Of a stretch of 64,000 nucleotides of DNA, positions 1-13,224 are shown piece after piece; within the stretch, counting starts at the first letter, position 1, and the number at the start of each line of letters is the position of its first letter. Source of the stretch: Camelus dromedarius (Eukaryota); assembly GCF_036321535.1 (NCBI RefSeq), contig NC_087472.1, positions 91,824,001 to 91,888,000 on the forward strand. Reading direction: 5' to 3'. Below the pieces are notes generated by a model that saw nothing but the letters and a program-made list of their open reading frames with translations, was not told where the DNA came from and searched no databases. A program made the position numbers and the translations under genes.

Positions 1-989
1 CTTGATGAGAGAAGGAAAATAGGAACTGTGTATCAGGAATAACAAAGTGGTTTAGAAAAATGATAAATTAGTATTTTTCTCTTTGACATATGAGAGAATA
101 TTAGTAAATTCTCTTTAGAAGGACTGAGAAGTCAGAGAATCTGTGGATTTGTTAGAACAACAGAGCTTTCAAGAAAATGTAGACTGAAGACTCCTTTATC
201 AAGATGAAGGTGGTGGCTATGTTGGATGTGGGCTAGGAGAGAGATTTACTGACAATATAAATGGCTTGAGATTGACATTCAGGTCTTTGGGAGTTTTTAA
301 CCTTTAAACACCTACTGAATAGTCATCAGATGTTATTGACAGCTGGCCATTTCTTTTTTTTATTATTATTCTCAAATATTATGTCACATACATGAAACTG
401 ACTAGCAACAGAGGCCATTATTCAGCAAATGGGTTACCAAAATGAGACCACGGTAGAGCTCAATGATGAATTGTGTATTTCATTTTAAAAGGCGATTTTT
501 GATGCTTGCATGTAGCATATTAGCACAGAATTATGTGATCATTAAAAACTAACACTGACGTAACTTGAATAAATAAGAGTTTTTGAAAAATTAAGTCATT
601 CCTTTCTTGTATCTCAGATTTGCCTTCATATGCTCTGTCACATTTCCAATATATAATTTTTCAATTAAAAACTCTGCAGAAATAGATAATGTATCTTTGA
701 ATAAAAAACATTCAGCATATATTAATATTCTGACTTTGTGATTACTGAATGTCATTGTTTTAATAAATTCCCCTTTTCATGTCAATTCTGCCATGGCAAC
801 ACCTGGCAATTACATTCTAAAATAAAGCTGTTTGAGTTTTAAAATTTGAAAATTTAATAATATTCTTCTAGTTTACATGTTTTATTATTTCATACTTTTC
901 TGGACTATTTGAAACCATAGAGTCTTAAACACTGAAATGTGTCACTAATTAAAAAATATATGGCATAACATAGTGAAGGAAAAAACAAA

Positions 990-1168
990 AACAGCAGCTG
1001 AGCTCAAATCCTGACCATCATTAATTTTTATTTTACTCATTTGAGACTGTTTCCTGATCTATAAAATAGCAGTTCCGTAAAGGAGATTTCTAGGGTTAAA
1101 CGAGTCCCCATCATAAAATAAAATGCTTGGTTCAAAGGAGGCATTCAGTAGATATTAATTTCCTTCCC
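990..1168 (+). mobile_element. MIR SINE fragment
   Basis: ctgagctcaaatcctgac...ctgtttcctgatctataaaatag...agggttaaacgag...gcattcagtagatatta. Confidence 0.55.
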
Positions 1169-2415
1169 TCACATCCTTAAGAGGAGAGCGGGCAGCACAG
1201 ATGATAGAAGTTGTAATTAAGAGGGTCAGAGGTAGCAGAGTGGTCCAGGGAGCATGGAATTTGAGGTAAGAAGCCTTGATTCCTACCACTTAACAGCTTA
1301 CAATTTTGGGCAAGTTGTACATCAAAAACAACTACAGATTTGTCCTTCTCGAACTCAAAACCACATTCTAGATTGTTCATGTGTAGGCAAATTATCTAAT
1401 CACCACCACCAAAAAATACCCCCAAAATACAAACAAACAAAAAACACTACCTAAAGTGTTTCAAAATGATTTTACAGAAGTACTGTGCTACAGTGATAGA
1501 CATGAGGACAATAATTTCTGAAACTTAATACTGAGTAACCTTGTAATTGAGGGAGAAAAAAAAAATTTTATGACCTAAGAGTGCATAGATATCCATAGAT
1601 ATCCACGTATTTCATAGGCTTGAAATGGAACAGCTCTTCAAATTTTCCAGAGTCAATGCGTGAAGATTATAAAAGATTTCTTTAACTCATTTTGTCCAAT
1701 CCCTGTAATAACTCTCAAAGTAGAACTAGGAGAGATCTCTTTCTTCATCTTTAAAATAGGCATTGTATTAGTGATTACAGTGTTCTTTTAAGGTTGCCTT
1801 GCCATCATTGTGAATAAGCACACCCCTCACACCTCATACTCAGGGGCTAAAAAGAAAAACAAAACAGCTTGCACTTTCAGAGAAAGAAACATAAAGTAGA
1901 CTCACCCTGTCTAGCACTAGATCCTCTCCACAAAATTGAATCTTAAACCTGTTCCCATAAGTTATTCCCTTATGAAAACTTATGCAGTACCTTATCGACA
2001 CCCACCAATATAATCATCAACGTAAGAGAGCAGCTGTTTGTTGTTTTTTTTCATTAATAGACTACCTATTATGTTACAACCTTATTTTTCTTTAAATATT
2101 TGTTTTATTTTTATTTGTAAAGCTAGTTCTAAACTCTAGACACCCTTGCAAAATGCTGGAATAATTCTTGTCTCCATGACTTTGTCTTTGAGCCTCCTTC
2201 TCACAGAAATAAATAAATGAGATAAGGAATCTTGAATTCACAATGCTTTACAAGTAGTAAGAATTCACCAGAAAGTGCTTACTATTCAACGTGAAAAGGG
2301 CTATAAAAATGATGTGCCTGAAGTGCCATTTTAGTAAAGATAAAGGAGAAAATAACTAGACCTTGCGATTATGATGGGAGTATTTATAACTTAAGGGGAA
2401 ATGTGAACTGTGTTT

Positions 2416-2514
2416 GAGAGAGAGAAAGAGAGAAGGGAGGGAGGAGAGACAGGGAGGAAGGAAGAAAGGAAGGAGGAAAAGAAGGAAGGAAAGAAGGAAA
2501 GAAGGAAGGAAGAA
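2416..2514. repeat. Purine-rich (GA)/(GGAA) low-complexity tract
   Basis: gagagagagaaagagagaagggagggagg...gaaggaaggaaagaaggaaagaaggaaggaagaa; explains ORF 2410..2604. Confidence 0.9.
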
Positions 2515-3869
2515 CTACCTTCATTCAAGCTTTTAAACAAAAGTGGAAGGGAAACCCCAGTCGGAGGCATGGAGGAGCAAAGGAGTCTGATGTTGTTACA
2601 ATAACTGTATTTTCTTCGTAATTATTCCAGCAAAGCTCGTGGGATATTGTGTTAGTGTATGCTCAGCTCTAGAGACGGGAGGCTGCCTTTATCAGGATGC
2701 TCAGTTAGCATTTAATTAGAATAAGGCAATGCTCTAGAGCACTTCAACGCTACAAGCACTTAAACTATCTTTATTTTTGATCAAAAGTAAATGCTGCATT
2801 AATTAGCACAATGAATGTTAGAAACCACGTTTCACTGCTAAAATTAGTGGCTTTTTACTAAGTATAATGGATCCTGGAAATGGACCCTCCATGGTGAAAT
2901 CAGTGCTATTCAAGACATACGCAACACTTAACATAATTTAGAGACACATCCCACTCCTCAAGTATGTAGTGGGGCCAGTGGCCTGCCCTCTCAGGGAAGC
3001 TGTTCCAGGCTTGATTCCAAATGGTCTTGTGTCCTGATGAGAAATATTCTTTTCTTTTTTTTTCAGAAATTCACATTTATTTCAGAAAGAATTTTAAAAG
3101 TTATATGTAATAAAAAGGACAGTAAAATGTTAAAAAAATTTTGAAAAAACCACGTATAAACATCTCAGAACATAACACCCTACAATGCTGTTTATATGTC
3201 TGAATATTACCTTTCAGTTCTTAACTGCATGGAGACATAGCTATCTGCAAAGCTGATGATTGTAGTAGACAAATCTTTTTGTATTCTGCTTTTTATTTGA
3301 TACCATGACATTGCTGTGTACCATTACTCAGTTGATGAAGAATATTCTTTGTTGTTATTAGATGGTTAGCCTAATCCTGCCACTGAAATATTGTCACATT
3401 TGCTTCAGGGGAAACTTTTTGTAAGATTTTTTGGGAACTTAAATGTACACACACACTCATACACAATCACATGACAGAGTTGGAACTGCTTCAAATTTAT
3501 AGGATGGGTTACATGCTTGTTTATTAACAAATGTCTATGCAGCAGAATTTGCCCAAATTTTCCTTCACTATTTTATGGAATCAAGGTGGGAGAGGAATAA
3601 TTAACCTTCTCCCATCCCTAACCATTATAGTTACCTTATTGATCCAAAGGGACCTGAGATTTATGCATGACTGCGTTGTCCTGGGTCAGTTCTCAACAGC
3701 TGTGTTTGTCCAAAGACCAGTATTTGATTCTAACTGGAATTTTGCATGATCAGATTCCACTGGGGTGGCAAGACTGCAAATTTAAGTTGGGCCACTCTGT
3801 TACAGTCACTGCTTTCTGAACTAAGAAAGCTTTCTACGGTGGCAGGCAACATAGAGACATGCTTTTCTC

Positions 3870-4640
3870 CAAAGAATCACAGTAAATTTGTACTTTTAAA
3901 GAGAAGTTTGGCCGAGTGTGGAGGATAAAAGAGAGAGGTAGTGGTTACCAGTGGGGGAAGGGGAGAGGTATTATAGGAGTGGGGAAGTGGGAGGTACAAA
4001 CTATTGGGTGTAAGACAGGCTCAAGGATGTATTGTACAACATGGGGAATATAGCTAATATTTTGTAATGACTGTAAATGGAAAGTAACCTTTAAAATTGT
4101 ATAAAAAATCTAAAAAATTTTAAAGTATGCAATAAAATAAAATAAAATAGAGGGGTAGACAATGAAGGCCAAGAGGATGGTGTAGGAGGCTTGGACAAGG
4201 CATTTGTAATGAAGAGTAATAGAAAAGTCTATTTTCAAGAGGTACCATTAACTGACCATGATGGCTAACTGAAAATGGCAGATGAGGAGGTAGTGAAGTA
4301 AATGCAGTAGAGAAGGATACAAAAAGTTGAGATGTCAAATGGAGGATGGCAAGGAATGAGTGTGAGGGTGGGTGATTTATAAGCTAGGGTTGGGACCTAT
4401 CAGAGTGGAAATAACCAATAGGTTACTAGAAACAAACGATAACAAAACAAGAGAACTGGGAGAAGAACATTTAGATTTAGGAGTCATTTGTGCATAAATG
4501 CAAGTGTAGATAGTATTGTACATGTCAACTAAAAAGGTGAGTGTTGCAGAATTCGAAGAGAAGTGGTAAGGCCTGAGTCCAAAGGAAACAATAAAATGTA
4601 AGGTTATGTAGAGGGGTATAAGAAGTGATGTGAACCAACC
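3870..4640 (-). mobile_element. L2 fragment (interrupted by an L1 tail)
   Basis: Purine-rich decayed L2 motifs on the + strand, e.g. taggaggct..., gcagtagagaagg..., agatttaggagtcatt, ggcctgagtccaaaggaaacaataaaatgtaagg. Confidence 0.55.
3942..4141 (+). mobile_element. Short L1 3'UTR fragment nested in an L2
   Basis: TGGTTACCAGTGGGGGAAGGGG...GTACAAACTATTGG...GTACAACATGGGGAATATAG, homologous to 60230-60400. (AAAAT)n tail. About 17-bp TSD ataaaa(g/t)agag(a/g)ggtag at 3925-3941 and 4142-4158. Confidence 0.85.
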
Positions 4641-5554
4641 AAGAGAGCAAAGCATCAATATGTTCTATCTTAGAGAAACAGACTCCTTCTGATATAGAAC
4701 TGATACAGTCAGGTAGTGCCCATTGTAATGACTTGAAAGGAACTGACTGAATGTGTCCCGGATGCCAAATAGTCCATCTCCAAGTCTGAAACAGTGGCTG
4801 AAATTTTGGGGATTTGGAGTCATTTAGACCTGGGTTTAAATTCTACCTTTCTGGTTGTATGATTCTCTGAGTATCACTGAAGTAGGCAACACAGCACTTG
4901 TCATTTAATAAATACTCAGTAAATGATCAATGAATCTATTATTACCAAAAATCATTAAGACTGACATTACTTCAAAATATGACCTAAACTTTCTTTCCCT
5001 ATTCTTCTTCACACTCTTTGCCTTTGCTTCCAAGAATACTTCACGTACCCCCCTTTCAGGGGAGGTAACATGGTAGCCTTTGACTTTCAAATCATATTTT
5101 TAAAGCCAAGTCAAGAATATGAAAAGCTTGGGGTCACTTAACCGTAGCTTTTCTTTGGAAGAAGAAAGGACTTGTGGGCGAGCAATGAAGAATGTAGATT
5201 TGATGATGTTAGAGAAAATTTTCCACACTAGAAGAGTGGATATTTATTCAACCATAATAGCATGTGTAGAAGGATCTAAGGGGATATGACTAGGTTTAGA
5301 AACATCTAAACTCTCCAGAGTCTTTGACTATTCAGAATATGACAAATAAAAATTACACTGGAAATTGATAGTTTGGGTGAAATCATTCATATCATTCAGA
5401 ACACAAACGTATTCAAAATAGGGTTAATAAAGTGCGACTTGTTTAGGCAACCTCCTTTTTCAAATACCGTTTACTGTGCTAATTTTGCAAACAACAGCAG
5501 ATCTTTAGGTTGTATTGAACATACCAAATTTTTAAAAGGCCAAAAATAATAGAG

Positions 5555-5790
5555 GCTCAGTGTTCAATAAAGGAAAGGCTTTGGAAACAGATCTATTTTC
5601 AAATCCCATCTTGGCTACTTACAGCAATACTCGTGTTATCTTCTTCAGTAAGTTATTTAACCTCTGAGAGCCTCAGTTGCTTTATCATTAAAATAGAGAT
5701 TATAATACTGACCTCAGAATTTTTGGAGGCTTAGCAAAAATGATTTTAAGAATGTCTAGTACTTTGCTTGATACTCATTCAACAATGATT
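5555..5790 (+). mobile_element. MIR SINE
   Basis: ggctttggaaacaga...ttcaaatcccatcttggctacttac...aagttatttaacctctgagagcctcagtt (MIR core). Confidence 0.7.
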
Positions 5791-6947
5791 CTGACATTAA
5801 CAATTTTCTCATATTTCTTTGAAGCAGTAGCAAAAAATTTAATAATTTGTATGAACAGGCAAGAAAGTTAGAAACAAAGAATAAACAGGTAAATCCTCAC
5901 TTTAAAAATGAAAAAAAAAGTTTTGCTGCAGCACAGACTTCACTCTAATGGGAAGGGGAGAAGGTTAAACAAAGAGGAGTATTAGGAATGCAACTTATTC
6001 AGACAATCTACAGCTCTACCTGTGATTTACTCCAGAGGACCCTGGAAATGTGGTAACATGGGCAATTGCCTCATTTTCCTTTGTACCATCTAGTGAAAAA
6101 CTGATAGTGAATAAAAAAAGTTTACAAATATGATGAAGAAACCATCACCATCTGTACTATTTCTTGTCAGTTCACATACACTTCCTATATTGCAAGTCTG
6201 TCTTTTATATGAATCAGTTTCAGATGACTAATAAAGGGAAAAAATCTGTTAGTCCCCTAATGGGCATTTTACAGAGCTCAATTTTAAGGACCTCATATTC
6301 TTCTTAGGTTGTACACATATTCATGACTGACCAGAGGCAAATAATAATTCTGATTTCTATGAAAACACTATTCACTTATCTAATGTGAGTAAAAATATTA
6401 GAGGTATTATTATGAAAACAATGTGCTGGTGCACTTTCCTATCTGTTGCTCCACATTTAGAATAAAAATTAGCCTGTCTAAATATAGCTAAATAAACAGT
6501 ATTGAAAAGACTGCTGGATGAATTCTAAAATATTCAGTACAATTTATTATAACTGATCAGTCTAAACAAGGAACAAATTGAGCTTCACTTCAAACTATTG
6601 GGCTAGGGAACACAATTAAAAAAGACACTCCTTACCTATACAGAAGTAAAGCTGGATTTTCAGTACTGATTACAAGGTGAGAGAAAATAACACTCTGATA
6701 ACACTGCAATCAGCGTTTGTAATTCGCAAGTGCTGTTTGGAATACCATACTAAAAAGGGTAGGTGTTGCTTTACAATTTTCAGAGGAAAATATCTATTGT
6801 CTCCAAAGCATCACACATATCCTTTCATAGAAAAGATGAATTTACAAACTGAACACTGAAAGCCTATAAGAGCTGCTGTCAATGGCTATGCACGAAACTT
6901 TTCTTTCCCCTTAGTAAAACAAAAAAGAATATTTAGAAAGAACATTA

Positions 6948-7139
<192 letters not shown>

Positions 7140-7277
7140 TTATACCATATTCACATACAAACTCATAAATTCAACTTGCTTTCACAGTTTTCTGGATGAG
7201 ACCAGATGTGGGTAATGGATTAACACAACCTCTTTCCTTTCTGCATAAGAATTTGACCTTTTGATAACTTTCTAGCT

Positions 7278-7330
7278 GTTTCCTTGGTAACCAGATAAGG
7301 TGGTATGTGGTAACTGTGTTGCTAAGCAAC
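7278..7330. promoter_or_regulatory. Two RFX-type X-box motifs (candidate intronic enhancer or internal promoter)
   Basis: GTTTCCTTGGTAAC at 7278-7291 and the perfect inverted repeat GTTGCT-A-AGCAAC at 7318-7330, with a GGTAAC half-site between them. Both fit the X-box pattern GTNRCY(N0-3)RGYAAC. Function is untested. Confidence 0.45.
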
Positions 7331-7988
7331 ATTGCTTATGTTAAAAATGAACCTATGTTGGTAGATTGCATTTGGACTGAAAGAATTATAAATACTTGAT
7401 CGGAAACTATTAATTTTGGGTTTGCCGGAATACAGTAACTCTTACATATAAAACTATCCTTTGTGGGAATCCTGCAAGCTATGCTTATGGAGTTGACAAA
7501 AGAAATATTGGTTCCTGTGGATATGAAGCTTTTAAGCCAGGATGTTTTCTGAACTCATCCAATGTGAATCTTGATCCTTCTCACCTGAGTTGTCACCTGG
7601 GGGTTGGGGCTGAGGGGAGATAAGGGGTCAAGCAGCATAGTTCCTGAAGGGCACTGTGCACTGTTGCATAGAGTGTTGGATGGACCACTTAATGAATACT
7701 GTCTGCTGGCTCCTCCCAGGAGCAGTGACTCTTGTCCTATATCTTTATCTGAATAGCATGGTGCCAAAGTGGCCAACCACAGCCTTGGAGAATGAATGCT
7801 AACTTGGGCTTAAGAAGTAGATACTCTAGTGGATGTTATACCAGACTAACTATGTTGGCAAGTATTTTTCTTTCAGTAAGCTACTTAAAAATTTTTTTCT
7901 TATCCTTTCTTTCCCTTTTCACTAGGTATGCTACTACATTTATCCAAAAGAGTAATTTTCTTACCACTTACTGTATACACATTCTTTT

Positions 7989-8128
7989 TGGGTTTTTTTT
8001 CAATTTTTTCTTTTTTTTTTTATTGAGTTATAGTCATTTTACAATGTTGTGTCAAATTCCAGTGTAGAGCACAATTTTTCAGTTGTACATGAACATACAT
8101 ACATTCATTGCCACATTCTCTTTCGCTG
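7989..8128 (-). mobile_element. Short young L1 3' end with T-rich (A-tail) segment
   Basis: Reverse complement matches the 3' end of the 53.2-54.0 kb L1 (tgtgctctacactggaatttgacacaac...tataactcaata). Perfect 17-bp TSD tgtatacacattctttt at 7972-7988 and 8129-8145. Confidence 0.9.
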
Positions 8129-9499
8129 TGTATACACATTCTTTTATTCCTATTGAATGTCTATATTACATCAAACAACTATCAGGCAATTTTAGGGATA
8201 AAATATTCACTTATATTTTCTCCTTCAGTGCTCATAAACAGTGTACCAAATTCAGTGATACTGGTACTTAAACATTAAGCCAGAATGCACAGATTTTGAA
8301 TCTCACTTTAACTAAGTGCCTGTGTATGCATGTTGACCTTCACTGTCATAGTCTAAAAGTTATTTATGGGTAGCTATTGTCCACTGCAGTTGATAACTAC
8401 CTCGAAAAGTACTAGTTTCCTTAATTACCATTAAAGATTAATATTCTTGAAACTATGGCTCTAAAATACTGGTATTTTTGATCCTGTAATGTACAATCCA
8501 CCAATGGGTTATCTAATTTTGTAACATAGTCAATGTAGGCTTAGACTGAACTTTAAAGTAAGCTATGGTTTTGCAGTGACAACTACTCTTAGGCTAAAAG
8601 ATCAATACTGAAATGTTGCAAATGAGGTGAAATCATTATGGGTGCAATGTGGTATCAGTGATAAATAATCTGAGAAGTATGGCCATCATTTTCTTACAAG
8701 AACCTATTGTGTTTGCAAGTGTGTGTGTGTGCTTGCAAGTGATGTCACTTTTCCTTTGATAATTACAGAAAAAAAAACTGAGCCATATTTCTCATTATCT
8801 AGTCTTTCATTCCTAATTCAACAGTTTAATAAAAAACACATATAACTAGTGTTTAATCAAGTATGTATTTCTGCTCTTATTAAAATTAAATGGGGCACAG
8901 AAGAAAATCTTATAAAAAGTGATTGGACTTTGTGAATTTAAGAATGAAAAATAGAATTATTAAATCTTTTAGAGTATAAGTAAATTAACATGAAGTGTAA
9001 AATACTAAAAAGTACTTCAAATAAATTTTTATATTTTGTATTTATAAATTTGATATTTATAAGTATCAGACAGCTTTATCTGCTGAATCCTGTGAGAGAT
9101 TACAAAAGACAGGACTACAAAAGCACCAGAAACGAAATACAAAACACTCTTCAGTATAACATTTCCCCACTACTATGTGAACAGAAAGGATTAGAGGTAG
9201 ATAATTCTGTGGGTACATTAGGTCTTGTTCTCTCAGGATATTAGTTGAACTCCACCACACAGAGAAGCTGGCATAAAACTCTAACTTATGCCCATAAGCT
9301 AATTTATATGCCAGACAAATGTGATTTAAATTACACTGGATACAATGGGAGAAAGAAGCATTTGGACTTTAGTTTCCTCTAAGATTCATTCTGTTTTCTA
9401 ATATAATGCATTATACACTTGAAACTTCTCACTCTAAAATTTGTTGCATGAGAAAAGAAATGAAAGAATAATGAAGAATGCTTAACCTCTACTCCCCAA

Positions 9500-10130
9500 C
9501 ACTGCTAATGGAAGTGCCCAATGGTACTACTATATTAGAAAATTTGGGTAGTTTCTAATAAAGTTAGATATGAATATACCCTATGAACAGCAATTACACT
9601 CCTAAATATTTACCCAAAGGAAATATAAGCAGATATCCACAAGAACATTTGTATAAGAATGTTCAGAGTAGTCTTCATAGTAGCCACAACTGGGAACAAC
9701 CCAACTGTTCATTAACAAGATATGATGAACAACAGTTGTGTGTCCATATGATATAACATACTCAGCAGTAAAAACAATGAATGACTGATAACATGCAATG
9801 TGCATAAATCTCACAAAATTTTGTTAGGGGAAGGAAACCAGACACAAAGTAATACCTTCTGCATAATTCTATCTAAATGAAGCCCAGGAACAGGCCAAAA
9901 TAACCCATAGTGATGGAAATCACAAAATGCTCGGTGGATGGGTGATGGGAAAATTTATTGGAAAGGGGCAAGAGGGAACATTCTGGGATTAAAAAAAATC
10001 TGTATCTTTTTAAGGTGCGTAGACAAGTATATACATTTGTCAAAATTCACTGACCTGAACACTTAAGATGTATACATTTTATCTGATGTTAATTGTACTT
10101 CAATTCTTTAAAAATTTGATTTTTTAAAAA
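9500..10130 (+). mobile_element. Ancient L1M-type 3' end (eutherian-wide subfamily)
   Basis: Decayed ORF2 end and 3'UTR motifs: ccctatgaacagcaattacactcctaaatatttacccaaaggaaat, agccacaactgggaacaacccaactgttc, atacatttgtcaaaattcac. Confidence 0.8.
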
Positions 10131-12667
10131 GAGCCATTATAAATTCTAACCTAAGGCCTATGTAGGAAGAAGCTATAAAGAAAGCAGGGAGTCAGGACCA
10201 CTGCTCTGCTGTAGATAACTGCCCGGTTAGGGACGATTTTTCCATTGTGCCCCTAAGTACACCCTTTGATTCTGGAAACACAGCACTAGGCGGGGCATTT
10301 AGCATGTCTTACATGTCCATATCTCATTGAATAGCTTTTGGAACAATCAAAAACTGTGCCTGAAATGTAATCCTATTAATCCAATAAGCAGAATTCTCAT
10401 TTTCTTCAGATAGTTTTTATAACACTGGTTCCTACACATATTTTTTTAACTTTTAAAAATTGAGTATGTGTAAGTTAGAGAAAAATTGTATGAAAGTTAG
10501 TCCTTATTTTTAGAGAAGTAATTGCCCATATGTAAATTAATCCCATTGCTTGAAGTCATGAGCCACTCAAAAAATTATATATACTACCTTGAATATACTT
10601 TTTACTATGTCAATCAGTAATACTCTATAAAATGTAATGAGAAAAAGAGAGCAGGTTGGTGAGGCTTAGCAATTACAGAAATGGTCTTGTGTCACATGAA
10701 GACCTCCTTTAAGGTACAAACATATGACAAGTTATGTTTACCTCGAGTATAAGCAATAAGCAAGAAAAATTCTTCTGAGCCATATGACAATCATTTACTT
10801 AATAATAGAGATTCCAAAAACTAGTCCAAAGAAATAGTATTAAAAAGTATTTATCCTGTTATCTTGATAATATCTCAGATTTCCCCCAGAAACATCTACA
10901 GTATTATATGCAGAAGCATGGTGTGTTTATAATATCCTTAGAAGTCAGAAAAGAAATGTATCTTTCTCCACAGTACGGACACCAGTGCCTGCTCCTCATT
11001 TATGACATTATTTTTATGTAAGAGTAATATACATGCCTTCATATTATAAATGTGTGCAGGTTAAAAAATTTCCATTTAAGTTTTTCACATTGGTTTATAT
11101 AGCACGTGTAAATCCTCTCAAGGAAATTAATGTATTAGATTTAGTTTCCACATTCCTTTGCTCCAAGCTGGACACATTCGTTAATATGAGTGCCAGCCAT
11201 TATTGCTTATACATTGGGTCAGGACAAAATTACAAGGGGTTAAATTCTGTTACAGCTAAAAGAAATGATTGGGGCCCACTGCAGTATTTTATCTTTATAT
11301 TACAATGTGAACAGTGTTGCCCCCGCAAGTGTCATTTTTCCTTTGAAATGGGATCCGCTTTTCAGCTCAAGTTCACGTTTCGTGGAGTGGCAGCAATTAA
11401 AAAATAAAAAGATTCCATTTCAGCACGATTCAACATCGGAGGACAGAAAAAGAAAGTGCAAACCTTTTAAAATCTGTTTAGCCTTTGTGTTATTTTGTTC
11501 AAATGATAGACTCTGCCTGCTGTAAGGGACTAAGACTGAATATTGAAAATTGTAAAGCAAAATCACTAGGCAAAACCTAAGAGAAACCGGCATTTGGTTT
11601 AAACACAACAAATGAACAAGTGCCAAAGAGTTACATTTCAGGGCACCAGCAGTCATTTAGTTACAGGCAATTAACAATAGTCCAGGGAAAGCTCCAGTAT
11701 GGGCTAAGGGAAAACACATTGATTATTGCTGCAGTAGTAGACTGCTTTCAGAATAAATTGCTTCAATTTAAAACTAGATTTGCTACAAGCATTTTGAGCA
11801 ATGACTACAATTTTTTCTTATCAAGACAGTTGGACCAAGCAACCCTTTAAAAGAAACAGCTAATTAAAATAAAGCACATGCTATCCCTTAGTATATTGGA
11901 TTACACTGCAAATAATAAATGCATTTGGTTTACACTAATCTTGCTGCAATTACCTAGTGGAGTTTGGAAACCTATTTTTTTTTATTGGCCTGAACCTGGT
12001 GTTATTGTTTGCAGACTTTTTCTGTTAGATATCTTTGAAGAGGTAAAGATGTTAACAGAGTTAAATCAAAGTTTATATGTATTTTTGAACTCTTTGCTTG
12101 GAATTTTTATTCTGTATCTCTCTATTTATATTTATAATCTTATTTAAAGTATAACTGAAGATTTTAGGTGTCTTATTCTTACATAGTTCATACTAAAATT
12201 GCTTCATTCATTATATAAGTCCTTTGAAATGCTCTGCCCTGATTTACATGCAGTAAAATGCAAGTTTGTGGGGGAAATGCATGACAGACAATATAATGAT
12301 CCCAGTTTATTCATTAGCCTTACCAAGTACATTTCTTCTCTCATTGTGTTATAAAGAGCTAAACTTTATAAGGATTTATCCATCCACATAAATTCATATG
12401 CATATTTATTTCTCTGGAGCAGTATAACTTATTTGTTCCTGGCAGGAGGATAATTATGCTCAGCCTACAAAGATATTCAACTCAATTCTACAATGCATCA
12501 ATGCAATTTAGAAGCAGTTATAATTTTTTTTGGTAACACATTAAGAAGCTGAATTGCTATTCACATAATAGCAAGAAAATGTTTTTAGAAGGTATAAACT
12601 AGTATGTAAAGATAGCAGTTTTGCTCCTGCATAAGTGCTTTTTGGAACAAGGCAGGGTATGCCAAAT

Positions 12668-12738
12668 AGTAATAATAATGATAATAACAATAACAATAAC
12701 AACAACAACAACAACAATAATAATAATAATAATAATAA
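12668..12738. repeat. Compound (AAT)/(AAC) trinucleotide microsatellite
   Basis: aataataatgataataacaataacaataacaacaacaacaacaacaataataataat...; explains the poly-Leu in ORF 12541..12783. Confidence 0.92.
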
Positions 12739-13224
12739 AAAATGATCCCTGAATTTAACAGCCTGATTTGTGCAACAAAACATTTGGGGAAAAGATTACT
12801 TTCAAAATAGTATACTGTGTCATTTGGAAAGAGATTTTCGCCTAAGTATCAAATCAAGTATTAAAACTGCCTATCAAGAATGCAAATATGGTCTTGGCTG
12901 GGACCTGTGATTAGGGCCTAGTTAGACTGAGCTCCCACAATCCCTTGGAACTGAAATGTTACATATTAATAAACTATTAAAATGAAAAATAAAAATGAAA
13001 GACTAAAGGAAAAAAGTATCATTCTTTATATAGTCTGCTGGAGCCTTCCCCTGGAATATGCTTTTCCTCTCTCCAATCACCTAAGAGGGGTGCTAAGCTT
13101 TTTTTTTTTTTTCTATGAAGTAGGGGATATTCATAAGTGGTATGTATTAAAGACAATTTAAAATGAATAATGACAGGAACAAAATAAAAGTGAATCCATG
13201 AGTTTACATTAATTATAAACAAAT

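Noticed and set aside
11033..11525. 124-aa and 86-aa + strand ORFs as an antisense coding gene
   Set aside because: No recognisable domain or convincing exon structure. The region is better treated as a candidate non-coding element.
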